From Toensbergia leucococca (taxonomy: Eukaryota), in the NCBI GenBank assembly GCA_022813965.1, contig JALDZS010000004.1, positions 124,001 through 188,000 of the forward strand: a DNA stretch of 64,000 nt, written 5' to 3'. The position numbers were made by a program, and so were the translations under genes. The notes beneath the pieces were generated by a model. The model had not been told where the DNA came from. It was given only the letters and a program-made list of their open reading frames with translations, and made no database searches. Below, piece by piece: positions 24,779 to 37,351 of the stretch (position 1 is the first letter of the stretch; each line of letters starts with the position of its first letter).

Positions 24779-25396
24779 CTATTTTTTCTGCTGCGACTCC
24801 TTGAGCACCTTCTTCACGATCTTCTGCTCTTCGATCAGGAACGCTCGCACCACGCGGTCTTTGACGCAGTTGGAGCATCGTGAGCCACCGTAAGCGCGCT
24901 GTACGGTCTTTTTCGGCTTGGAGATTTGGGAGTATTCGCGAGGGCGGAGAGCAGGGATCTATGGGTAGAGGTAAGTCGTGGGGATATGGGGGACTGGTCG
25001 ATGGAGGGGTTTTCTCTGAAGGGAGTTTTGGGGTGTAATGGGAGTTCCGGATTGAGAGGTTTGGGAGCTGGCTGGACTTACTCCCGGGAGCTTGATACCA
25101 CAGTCGCCGCACTTTGGGGGGCTGCCTTTTTTTTTCAGATGTAGATAGCGTAATTTTCCGCCGGGGGTTTTGATGATGCGGACTTTGTTTGAGCGCGTGT
25201 TGTAACTGCATTATCGCCAATGTATGGTTAGATGGGAGTGTCTTTTGAGGGAGACGGAGGGTTTTGGTAAGGGTGAATCGTGGTCGTTGGATGACTTACG
25301 GGTTTCGTCGACGCTGGAGAGAGGTGATTGTCAGTGGAAGTAGGATCTGGAGGTGAGAGGATGGGTACTTACGTAGGTTAGGCGTGCAGAAGGCAT
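24779..25396 (-). CDS. RPL34: 60S ribosomal protein L34 (eL34); 4 exons including a 14-nt micro-exon at 25313-25300
   Basis: Manual splice: [113 protein letters not shown]. Not recovered by the ORF track. Confidence 0.97.
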
Positions 25397-25778
25397 GGCG
25401 AATTGATGCCGTGAGTTAGTGCGGTGGGTGACCTCGTCGTCTCAATTTGAGATGAGATTTCGTTGTGTGTCGCAGGGCTGGGATTGGGGATAAGCGAGGG
25501 GCTAGTGCTATGAAAGGTTTAGCTTGGCGGCGGCTTGGCGATTTTAAGACTCCTGGAGCGCCACTTTTAGTGGTACGATATTCGCAGTGATTCAGTGAGG
25601 AGACTCTTATCGTGGCGGAAGGAGCATCTACAGTGTTGATCTCGCACATGTGAGATTCTGGACTTTCTTCTTCAGCTTTCCTTCTTCTCCCGTATTTGGA
25701 GCTCTTAGCACCTCGGGAGCCTCACTCCATTCAGTGTCGATTGAAGTGGAGGGGACTAGAGCACCGAAGCTCAGCACA
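25397..25778. promoter_or_regulatory. Short divergent (putative bidirectional) promoter between RPL34 and PRP8
   Basis: Head-to-head start codons about 380 bp apart. Confidence 0.55.
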
Positions 25779-28700
25779 ATGTCATCTCTACCACCTCCAC
25801 CACCACCAGGCTGGGGTGCATCAGCTCCTCCATCAATGCCCTCAGCGCCGCCGCCCCCCGGGTACCTCCCACCTTCTGATCCGCAAGTCGCGAAGTTCGC
25901 ACAGAAAAAGAAAGAATGGCTACGATCGCAACGAAACCGCTTCGGCGAGAAGCGAAAAGGAGGCTTTGTGGAAACGCAAAAGGCGGATATGCCGCCGGAG
26001 CATCTTCGCAAGATCGTCAAGGATATCGGGGACGTGTCTCAGAAGAAGTTCAGCAGTGACAAGCGGAGCTATCTCGGGGCACTGAAATTTATGCCGCACG
26101 CCGTTCTCAAGCTCCTGGAGAATATGCCTATGCCTTGGGAGTCGTCCCGAGAGGTCAAGGTGTTGTATCATGTTAACGGGTGCTTGACGCTGGTGAATGA
26201 GAATCCGAGGGTTATTGAGCCGGTGTTTCATGCGCAGTGGGCGACTATGTGGGTGTGTATGCGTCGGGAGAAGAGCGATCGGAGGCATTTCAAGAGGATG
26301 AGGTTCCCGCCCTTTGATGACGAGGAGCCGCCTCTGTCTTGGTCGGAAAATATCGAGGATGTCGAGCCTTTGGAGCCTATACAGATGGAGCTAGATGAGA
26401 CTGAGGATGGACCGGTTTTTGAATGGTTGTATGAGCATCGACCGCTGCTGGATACGCCTCATGTGAATGGCCCGAGTTACAAGGAATGGAGTCTCACGCT
26501 GCCACAGATGGCGACGCTTTACCGGCTGAGTCACCAGCTTTTGAGCGATTTGGTTGACAAGAACTATTTCCATATGTTCGATCTCAACAGCTTCTTGACT
26601 GCCAAAGCTTTGAATGTTGCCATTCCTGGTGGTCCCAGATTCGAGCCGCTATACAAAGACGTTGATCCCAATGACGAAGATTTTGGAGAATTCAACGCGA
26701 TCGATCGTATCATCTTCCGTGCTCCGATTAGGACAGAGTACCGCGTTGCCTTTCCTTTCCTCTATAATTCTCTCCCTCGGAGCGTCAAGCTATCATGGTA
26801 CTCATATCCCCAGGTGGTCTATGTACGTGCCGAGGACCCAAGTCTTCCCGCCTTCTACTTTGATCCCGTCATCAACCCAATCTCCTCACGGTCTGTTGCC
26901 CCGAAAAATCTCACAATTAATCACGAGGATGAGATCTTTGGATATGGAAACAGCGAAGATGAGGAATTCCAGCTGCCTGGCAATATGGAACCCTTCCTGG
27001 CGGACGAAGAGCTATACACTAGTGAGACGTCTTCTGCTATCGCACTCTGGTGGGCACCCTTTCCGTTTGACAGGCGCTCCGGCCGTATGGTACGGGCTCA
27101 GGATGTCCCTTTGGTCAAGCAGTGGTATCTTGAGCATTGTCCTCAAGGGCAGCCAGTTAAAGTTCGAGTTTCCTACCAGAAATTACTCAAGACCTTTGTC
27201 TTGAACGAGTTGCATAAGAAGAAGCCCAAGGCACAGAACAAGCAGAATTTGATGAAGTCTCTCCGTTCAACCAAGTTTTTCCAGCAAACCACCATCGACT
27301 GGGTTGAAGCAGGTCTTCAGGTTTGCCGGCAGGGCTTTAACATGCTGAATTTACTCATTCACAGGAAGAATTTAACATATCTTCATTTGGATTACAATTT
27401 CAATCTAAAGCCCGTCAAGACGCTGACTACGAAAGAGCGGAAGAAGTCTCGCTTCGGCAACGCTTTCCATTTAATGCGCGAAATCCTTCGCTTGACGAAA
27501 TTGATTGTCGATGCTCAGGTACAATATCGCCTTGGCAATATCGATGCCTTTCAATTGGCAGATGGTATTTTGTATGCTTTTAATCACGTTGGGCAGCTCA
27601 CTGGTATGTATCGTTACAAGTATAAGCTTATGCACCAAATTCGATCCTGCAAAGACCTGAAGCACCTCATTTACTACCGATTCAATTCTGGTCCTGTCGG
27701 TAAAGGGCCTGGCTGTGGTTTTTGGGCACCGGCATGGAGGGTATGGCTCTTCTTTATGAGAGGAATCATTCCTTTGCTTGAGCGATGGCTTGGAAATCTA
27801 CTCTCTAGACAGTTCGAAGGCAGACACAGTAAAGGTGTGGCTAAAACTGTTACAAAGCAAAGAGTGGAGTCACACTTTGATCTCGAGCTCCGGGCTTCGG
27901 TAATGTCAGATCTGATGGATATGATGCCTGAGGGAATAAAGCAAAACAAAGTCAATACTGTACTGCAGCATCTCTCCGAGGCGTGGAGATGCTGGAAGAG
28001 TAACATCCCTTGGAAGGTGCCAGGGCTACCCGCGCCTATCGAGAACATCATTTTGAGATACGTGAAGAGCAAGGCCGATTGGTGGATTTCGGTTGCTCAT
28101 TACAATCGTGAACGAATCAGGAGAGGTGCTACGGTGGACAAGACAGTTGCGAAGAAGAACCTGGGTCGCTTGACACGATTGTGGTTGAAGGCTGAGCAGG
28201 AACGGCAGCACAACTACATGAAGGATGGCCCTTATGTCTCATCCGAGGAAGCAGTCGCTATCTATACAACCACTGTTCACTGGCTCGAGTCTCGGAAATT
28301 CTCACCCATCCCTTTCCCTGCTGTCTCATACAAGCATGATACTAAGATTCTTATCTTGGCTCTGGAGAGGTTGAGAGAAGCCTACTCTGTCAAGGGTCGT
28401 CTTAATCAAAGTCAGCGAGAAGAGCTGGCCCTTATCGAGCAGGCTTATGATTCTCCCGGAACTACGCTAACACGTATCAAACGTTTCTTGCTGACCCAGC
28501 GTGCCTTCAAGGAAGTTGGAATCGACATGAACGATAACTATAGCAGCATCAATCCAGTCTATGACATAGAACCTATAGAGAAGATTACTGATGCCTACCT
28601 CGACCAATACCTCTGGTATCAAGCCGATCAGCGTCACTTGTTTCCCGCCTGGATTAAGCCTTCTGACTCCGAGGTCCCACCACTTCTAACTTACAAGTGG

Positions 28701-31700
28701 GCTCAGGGTATCAATAATCTCGGAGGTGTCTGGGAAACTGCGGATGGAGAATGCAATGTCATGATCGAGACTCAACTCTCAAAAGTGTACGAGAAGATTG
28801 ATCTCACACTACTAAATCGTCTCTTACGCCTCATCATGGACCATAATCTTGCAGATTATATCTCGTCGAAGAATAACGTGCAGCTCAATTACAAAGACAT
28901 GAACCACACTAATAGCTACGGTATGATTCGAGGCTTGCAGTTCTCAGCATTCGTGTTCCAATATTACGGATTGGTTCTTGATTTGTTGCTGCTTGGTTTG
29001 CAACGCGCAAGTGAGATTGCGGGTCCGCCACAGAGTCCAAATGACTTCTTGCAATTTAGAGATCGGACAACTGAGACAAAGCATCCGATTCGGCTCTATA
29101 CTAGATACATAGATCGCATCTGGGTTTTCCTCAGATTCTCGGCAGATGAGTCGAGAGATCTCATCCAGCGTTTCTTGACCGAGCAGCCAGACCCTAATTT
29201 CGAAAACGTTATTGGCTATCGCAACAAGAAGTGCTGGCCTCGAGACTCGAGAATGAGATTGATGAGGCACGATGTGAATCTTGGACGGGCAGTGTTCTGG
29301 GATTTGAAGAATAGGCTCCCGAGATCTATCACTACGATCGAATGGGACGATACATTTGCAAGCGTCTACAGCAGAGACAATCCCAATTTGCTTTTCTCAA
29401 TGTGTGGGTTCGAGGTTCGCATTCTTCCCAAGACACGCAACCTTAATGAGGAGTTCCCAGTCAAGGACAGTGTCTGGTCTCTTGTAGATAATACTACGAA
29501 GGAGAGGACTGCTCATGCCTTTTTGCAAGTTACGGAAGAAGATATTCAGAAATTCAACAATCGCATCCGGCAGATTCTCATGTCCTCTGGCTCTACCACT
29601 TTCACTAAAATTGCTAACAAGTGGAACACGAGCTTGATTGCTCTCTTCACTTACTATCGCGAAGCGGCCGTTTCGACCATCAACCTACTAGATACGATCG
29701 TCAAGTGTGAAACGAAGATACAAACTCGAGTCAAGATCGGCTTAAATTCCAAGATGCCTTCACGATTCCCACCTGCTGTGTTCTATACGCCCAAGGAATT
29801 GGGTGGTCTTGGTATGATTTCTGGGTCGCATATCCTTATCCCAACGAGTGATAAGCGATGGTCGAAGCAAACTGATGTTGGTGTAACTCACTATCGTTCC
29901 GGTATGACCCATGACGAGGAGACTCTTATCCCGAATATTTTCCGCTACATCATTCCTTGGGAAGCAGAATTTATTGACTCACAGCGTGTTTGGACCGAGT
30001 ACTCGCAGAAGCGGCAGGAAGCCAACCAGCAGAATCGTCGATTGACTCTTGAGGATCTAGAGGACAGCTGGGACCGTGGTCTTCCCCGAATCAATACCCT
30101 CTTCCAGAAAGACAGAAGTACACTGAGTTTCGACAAAGGCTTCAGAGCTCGGACCGAGTTCAAAACATACCAACTGATGAAGAGCAATCCGTTTTGGTGG
30201 ACTAGTCAGAGACACGATGGAAAGCTGTGGAATCTGAATGCTTACCGAACCGATGTTATCCAGGCACTCGGTGGTGTCGAAACAATCCTTGAGCACACTC
30301 TCTTCAAGGCCACCGCGTTCCCGTCCTGGGAAGGTCTCTTTTGGGAGAAAGCATCAGGATTCGAGGAATCTATGAAGTTCAAGAAGCTCACTAATGCTCA
30401 ACGTTCTGGTCTTAATCAAATTCCCAATCGTCGTTTCACCCTATGGTGGTCGCCCACGATCAATCGTGCCAATGTCTACGTTGGTTTTCAGGTGCAACTT
30501 GATTTGACAGGTATCTTCTTGCATGGCAAGATCCCGACCCTGAAAATCTCGTTGATTCAGATTTTCCGTGCCCATTTGTGGCAGAAAATCCACGAGTCAG
30601 TTGTCATGGATTTGTGCCAGGTATTTGATCAAGAGCTGGAAGCTTTGGGTATTGAGACTGTTCAAAAGGAGACGATCCATCCAAGAAAGTCGTATAAGAT
30701 GAACAGCTCCTGTGCTGATATACTTCTCTTTGCAAGTCATAAATGGAACGTTACGAGGCCATCGATTTTGTTTGATACCAAAGACATTTACGAGCCGACG
30801 AATACCAACAAGTTCTGGGTTGATGTTCAATTGAGGTATGGTGATTACGATTCGCACGATATTGAGCGATATGTGCGTGCGAAATACCTGGATTACACCA
30901 CGGATAGCAACAGCATCTACCCGTCAGCAACCGGTTTGATGATTGGAATAGATCTTGCGTACAATCTGTACTCTGCATATGGACAGTACTTTCCCGGTCT
31001 CAAGACTCTTGTCCAGCAAGCCATGGCCAAAATCATGAAAGCCAACCCGGCCCTGTACGTTCTGCGAGAGCGCATCAGGAAAGGCTTGCAGTTGTACGCA
31101 TCGGAAAGTAATCAAGAGTTCTTGAACTCGCAGAATTACTCGGAGCTCTTCAGCAATCAAATCCAGCTCTTCATCGATGACACGAACGTATACCGTGTCA
31201 CAATCCACAAGACTTTCGAAGGCAATCTGACCACGAAACCGATCAATGGAGCCATCTTCATATTCAATCCAAGGACCGGACAATTGTTCTTGAAGATCAT
31301 CCACACGAGTGTTTGGGCTGGCCAGAAACGTCTGGGTCAATTGGCCAAGTGGAAGACAGCCGAAGAAGTCGCAGCCTTGATCCGATCGCTACCTGTTGAA
31401 GAGCAACCAAAACAGCTTATTGTGACTAGAAAGGGTTTACTTGATCCACTCGAAGTCCATTTACTCGACTTCCCTAACATCTCCATCCGGGCTTCCGAGC
31501 TTCAATTACCGTTCCAGGCTGCGATGAAGGTTGAAAAGCTAGGTGACATGATTCTCCGCGCCACTGAGCCTAAGATGATGCTGTACAATCTGTACGACGA
31601 GTGGCTGAAGGGCAACATATCATCCTATACTGCTTTCTCGCGACTCATACTAATCTTACGTGCTCTGCATGTCAATATGGACAAGACGAAGCTCCTGCTG

Positions 31701-32946
31701 CGGCCCGATAAAACTGTCATCACGCAAGAGCATCACATCTGGCCCACCCTCTCCGATGAAGACTGGATGAAAGTAGAAGTCCAATTACGCGACCTGATCC
31801 TCAACGATTACGGCAAGAAAAATAACGTCAATACCTCCAGCCTCACCAGCAGCGAAGTCCGTGACATAATCCTCGGAATGGAAATCAGCGCACCATCCAT
31901 GCAACGCCAACAAGCCGCCGAGATTGAAAAACAGCAGCAAGAGCAACAACAGCTTACTGCCGTCACCACCAAGACCCAGAACGTCCACGGCGAAGACATC
32001 ATCGTCACCACCACCTCGCAATTCGAGCAGCAATCCTTCGCCTCCAAAACCGAATGGCGTACTCGTGCCATTGCAACCTCCAACCTCCGTACCCGCGCCA
32101 ACAACATCTACATCTCTAGCGACGACATCCGCGAAGAATCACACCATACCTACATCATGCCCAAGAACGTCCTGAAGCGCTTCATCACTATTGCCGACCT
32201 ACGCGTCCAAGTCGCCGCCTACCTCTACGGCAGCTCTCCGCCTGACAACCCCCAGGTCAAGGAAATCCGCACCATAGTCATGATCCCCCAAGTCGGTAAC
32301 ACGCGCGACATCCAGCTCCCCCACCAACTACCCCAGCATCCCCAACTCACCGCCCTCGAACCCCTCGGCATCATCCACACCGTCTCCGGCAACGAACCGC
32401 CTTACATGACCGCCGCCGACGTAACCCAGCACTCCCGCCTCATGAACGCCCACTCGACCTGGGACCACGCCCAAACCGTCACCATGACCGTTTCCTTCAC
32501 GCCCGGCTCCGTCTCCCTCGCCGCCTGGGCCCTGACGCCGGCCGGCTACAAATGGGGCGCTGAGAACAAAGATCTGGGCAGCGAGCAACCGCTGGGCTAT
32601 AGCGTGAGTGGTATGGGCGAGAAGTGCCAGCTTCTGCTGAGCGATAAGATTCGTGGATATTTTTTGGTGCCCGAGGCTGGGGTGTGGAATTATAGCTTCA
32701 TGGGGAGTGCGTTTGGGGCGGTGGAGAAGAGGGCGCTGTTTGTGAAGATTGATACGCCTTTGGTATGATTTTCCCCCCCCACTCTTTTTCTTTTTTCTTC
32801 TTCTTTTTCTCTGGAAGGTGAGACCTCTGGCTGACTTTTTATTGCCCTATTAGCCCTTTTATGCGGAGCAGCACCGGCCGCTACATTTCCAAAACTTCGC
32901 CGAGCTCGAGGATATTTGGGTTGATCGGCAGGACAATTTCGAGTAG
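25779..32946 (+). CDS. PRP8: Pre-mRNA splicing factor Prp8 (U5 snRNP), intein-free; one 3' intron ~32764-32853
   Basis: ~2360 aa with highly conserved Prp8 sequence ([47 protein letters not shown]-terminal MPN/JAB domain). Last exon [30 protein letters not shown]. Confidence 0.99.
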
Positions 32947-33376
32947 GGAGGGTGGGGTTTTTCCATTGTTGTACTTGGTGGATCTTGTTTTTTTGTGGTT
33001 GTGAGAGAAGAGGGGAGGGGGGAGAGAGAGAAGGAGCACGAGTGGCGTTTTTTTGATTTGGGGGAGTGGTAAAAGATTGTGTTTTGGGGGGGAAAGGGGG
33101 GGTGGGGGATGAAGATGGAGATAATTGTAGCCTGTACAAACAAAGACTCGTGTGTAAGCAAAGGATGACTTCCATTACACTTGAGTGCTGTTATCGATGC
33201 TCGTAATCTAGGAAGTTTCAATTCTCTGCTTTGAACGTTTCTACACCTCACACGTGCGCAAGATTTGTGAATAGGTAATCGAATATACATTTCCTTCCTC
33301 TGCTTTGAGTCTCGCCTCCACACCGTTTGTCTTACGAGTCTATGGGTCCCGTTCAATGATCGAGCCAAGAGATCCC

Positions 33377-34488
33377 CTATCGATATTCCGGCCTCACAAA
33401 ATCCGCAAACGTCTTCGCTTCCACGTAATTGTGCGAGCCGTCGCCGTCTATAGGCCACCCACCGGGGAAGGAAAATGTCAGCAACGATTGTGATATCTGA
33501 TTGAGTCTTTGACAAAGGGGTTGAAGGAGAGGGGGGGGGTGGCGTAGGGATAATAGGAAGAGGAAGACGTACGCTCTTCCCCATGGCCTCCGTGCGCGTG
33601 CGGATCGTCCTGCGGGCCTACATATTCCATTTTCAGGCAGTTGCCGCATTCCGGGCAGCGTTCGAGGGGGCGGTCGCGAGACATCTATTGGTTTCAGAGG
33701 GTGGTGTTAGGAAGGGGTTAGAGGTTTGGGGATGTGTGGGATTTGTTTGTTGGGAGGATTTTGGGGAGGAGGATCTTGGGGGAGTTTGGGAGGAGGGGCG
33801 CGTACGGTTAGCCAGATTGTGACGTGCGAGTCTGCAGGGTAGCCGGTGCAGCCGGCGTATTGTTCGTCGCCAAAGGATTTGACTATGATGGGGTTGTCGA
33901 GGGTGCCTATGTTTTGTCAAGGGGGCCCCGTATTAGTATCGGAATGCTTGGGTGTATTTGGGAGTTTAGAGTGTGAATGCCAGGAGTGTAGCCATGACAT
34001 CAAAAGCCGGTGACCGGTTTTAAAAGGGCAAGACGAAAGGGAGTCGACGCACCTTTCCTCGACGCATCCAAAGGCCTCATGTCAAAGATATCGACCCCCT
34101 GCATCTTTCCCAGAATTTCGAGCCGTTCCAGCCCAGTCGCTTGGTCCATATCCGTTGGGACAGTACCGATAGAGGCGCCGGGAGGGAGGAGGTCGGCTTC
34201 GGTTTGGACTTCTGTTGTTGGAGATTAGCCATTGCGACGATTACGGGATAGGGGCGGGGTCGAGGATGGGTGTACCTTCAAAGGCTTTCATTTTCGTGCC
34301 GGTTTGGCTGGGCGCTGGGTCGCTATGTTTGGCATCGCCTGAGAGGGAGGAGGTTAGTTGGCTTGGATTGGAGCTCCGTGATAGAAAGAGGGCTTACGGC
34401 GGTGGAGAGAGGAGGTGAAGGCTCGGGATGCGAGGGGTTGGGTGAGGGCGCGTCTTGAGAGGGAGAGAGCTGAACGCCGGAGAAGCAT
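33377..34488 (-). CDS. COX4: Cytochrome c oxidase subunit IV (COX5B family), mitochondrial precursor; ~6 exons
   Basis: Presequence MLLRRSALSLSRR, then PGASIGTVPTDMDQATGLERLEILGKMQGVDIFDM, GCTGYPADSH, ERCPECGNCLKMEYVGP (Zn ligands), and C-terminal KTFADFVRPEYR*. Confidence 0.95.
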
Positions 34489-35111
34489 TGTGGAGTTTTG
34501 GAGTGTTTGAGGTATTGTGCTTTTGGTGCTCGTAGGCAATTCGTAGGTAAGCTGTAGTTCGCCGCTAGGCCTTTTTGGGTGGTTGTGACATAGGGCTGCG
34601 AGCAAGATGATTCAGGGAGTTTCAATAACCAATCAAGACACAATATGAATCGGTCCACATCAGTGGCTGCACGTTATCCTGAAAAGTTGATTGCTGCATA
34701 GGTTGATAGTATTGACTGTGCTATGCTATGCTATACACATCTCCCATCGTACTACTTTCTTCACTTTCCAAATCTCTTCTTCTCCTACCAACAGTTCTTT
34801 CAATTTGTCCTTTCTTCTCATCATCCCCTAAGATAAGCTGGGTGCGAAGTACCCATATCTATAATTTTCAATTCAAAGACAGGCCAAGCAAGAACTGCTC
34901 AGGTCTCCATTGCCTTTCCTCCTTCAGCCACTCGAAACGACGTTGGCACTGTCTTAACACCGGAGAGTCGTGTGTCGAGACGGCTTTGAACGATGCCGTT
35001 GGATTGGCCGAAGTGGTCATCTCGGACCAGCCAAGATGCTCGCATTAGAAAATGATCGTGCGATATTGCTTTACTCTGCAAAAGAAATGCTACACTTTCT
35101 TCATCGCCATA

Positions 35112-36032
35112 TCATCTCCTCCTGTTTCCACGACCCGCCGGCTGGATTACCTTGGGACGAATCTCTCCACGGCGCGCTGTTTCCTTCGGCCGAATTTCCT
35201 TTGGTCTGATTTCTTTGTACTCGGGTTCGCTCTCAGAATCGATGCTCGAACAAGCAGAAGAACTATCGTCACTGTAACCACAGCGACTCCCACCGCAGTC
35301 AAGTTTGACTCTTTCCCCCTTTCTAGTGACACCATAGCGGTTGCAACGACACTGAGGAGTTGATGGGTCGCTCAAAGACGAGAGTGAACTCGGCGAAGTG
35401 CCACCCGAGCTCCTACTGGATAAGCTGGAGCCAATGGACGAGGGCGGACTATAACTAGGTCGGTAGAGAGAAGCTTGCTCAAGCTGAGAGGCGAGCTCAT
35501 CAATCTCAGGAGAGGTGCTGTAGTCAGCCTCACGTACTCGGCGGGATGCGTACGGCTTCGACGGCTTTGGATGGATGATCTTGCTCGGCGAGAGTGAACG
35601 GCCCTTGGGAACTTCCATCGATTGGCGTGAGGCAACAGAGCCTCGCTTCGAAGCTAGCGGGGTCATCGCGACAGACATACGGCCGCCTGGAACATCAAGA
35701 ATGTTCAAAGAGCGGCCAGTCGTAGGCTCAGTGGTTGACGGCTGGGCTGGATCATGCGAGACATGGTAGCCGTCCATGATGTACTGGAAAGAATGTCAGC
35801 ATTGTAGAACATATGAGATGATGTTGACAGCAATACTTACATAATACCAGTACCGCTGACCTGGTGACAGAGTGGCGCCCTGAAATCGAAAGGTCCCTCG
35901 CCAACCACCAGACTTGGAAGAGTCCTTTGACAGGGGAAGTTGGCCGGAGTAATTGTCCCAAGACCCGAGGAGGTGGACGGTCTTGACGTTTGATGAAGTG
36001 CGAAGAGAAAAGGAAAGTTGAATCGCAGCCAT
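35112..36032 (-). CDS. esdC: EsdC-like protein with AMPK-beta-type glycogen-binding (CBM48-like) domain; one intron ~35840-35785
   Basis: MAAIQLSFSLRTSSNVKTVHLLGSWDNY...RYWYY|YIMDGYHVSHDP...EPTTGRSLNILDV and C-terminal CRCNRYGVTRKGERVKLDCGG match the Aspergillus early sexual development protein EsdC as I recall it. Confidence 0.85.
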
Positions 36033-37351
36033 CAGTGATAGTGATGTGTAATTAAGTAAAATATAATATGTGAATAGCTCGTCGACGATGTTAAATTTTA
36101 TCGCGAGGGGGACGAACCGAACAAATCGAAGAGCGGGTATTATCAAATTGCAAGATTGATCGTTGAGCGGTATGGAAAGCTATAGATGTTCGAAGGCAGA
36201 GCTTCCTCGTAGTCCAGGGGGTGGGACGGTCGGGGATGGTCGACGGCGAGGATTCAGAAAGATTGCTGTTGATTGATGAGGCTACCAGAGCTCTCATGTA
36301 TTAGGAATATGTATAGTCGGCGACGGCGTCAACAACGGTTCAAAGAGTTGCAATAATAGTGCTTCGATTGTGGGGAATAGAAACAGGTGCAGGTACCAAG
36401 AATGCCTCAAAGACTGGCAAATCTTAGCGCGAGCGAGCAAGAAGAGCTATGCAAAGAATAATGTCGACCAGCGACAACAGTGATTAGGTTTAGAAGTAAT
36501 TTGGGCAGAGAATAGAGCACAGCTCCTGGAATAAAAAAAAGGTAAAGGGTACTGTAGGAATTACTATGGATAGCTCAAGGAAATATCAGGCTTGCTAGAG
36601 AAGAAACCAAAGAGGACGAGAAGCGGGCGCTTCTTATGTTGGATCAGTGTCTCTGATGAACATGATGGGTTGGTTGCAGCCGGAGCCAGGCCTGTGCATG
36701 ATGGTGTGCAGTAGACGGTTTTCCTCGGCGGTTAGAGAGGTGGAGGAGAACAATGAGTGGATGGCGGGTACAGCTCACTCAGCTCAACAGCTGCATCATC
36801 CATGTTTGTGTGATTGGATCAGCGCCCCCACCACTCCCACTATCCCTGTCGCCCAGCACTAGCCCTAAAGCGGGCGTGTATTTCTAGCATTTATCCAAAG
36901 TCCTCACCCCGTCACCATGTCACCCAGCCTCACCATCCAATCGTAGTCCAAAGCAGCCCTACCATCGAGCAAATAAGTGGCCAATTGCGCGTCTACTTGC
37001 ATTATTACTACTCCATTTCCCCCTCTCCAGTCTTCCCGACACTCACACTTGCAAATCTTCCAATTCTTCGCACCCACTCTAACACCAATCCGGATAGTGT
37101 ACATAATGCAGACAATTGCAGATGATCGCCTCATCCCTGCCGCCCCAGTGCCTGTTATGCAGCTGCGAAGACCTATCACCCGACCCGGCGCCGTCGCAAT
37201 GTAAAAACCTTCCTTTCAAAATTCCATTAGAACCGGAAAATGAGGCAGAACTGGGAAGCATACCGAAATTATGCACGTGGGCGTCGTGTCGAATGCGAAT
37301 TGATAGGTCAATCGACCCCCGAGGGCTGACTCCGGCCATAGCAAATCTGCC

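Noticed and set aside
24696..25220. 174-aa minus-strand ORF in the track
   Set aside because: Out-of-frame read-through of RPL34 exons and introns.
25650..25778. 43-codon in-frame extension upstream of PRP8 starting at GTG
   Set aside because: The Pro-rich Prp8 N-terminus begins at ATG 25779 in good context (ACAATG). The extension is an ORF-caller artefact of allowing GTG starts.
32690..33584. 161-aa and 241-aa minus-strand ORFs
   Set aside because: They span the PRP8/COX4 3' regions and COX4 introns. Low-complexity shadow ORFs.
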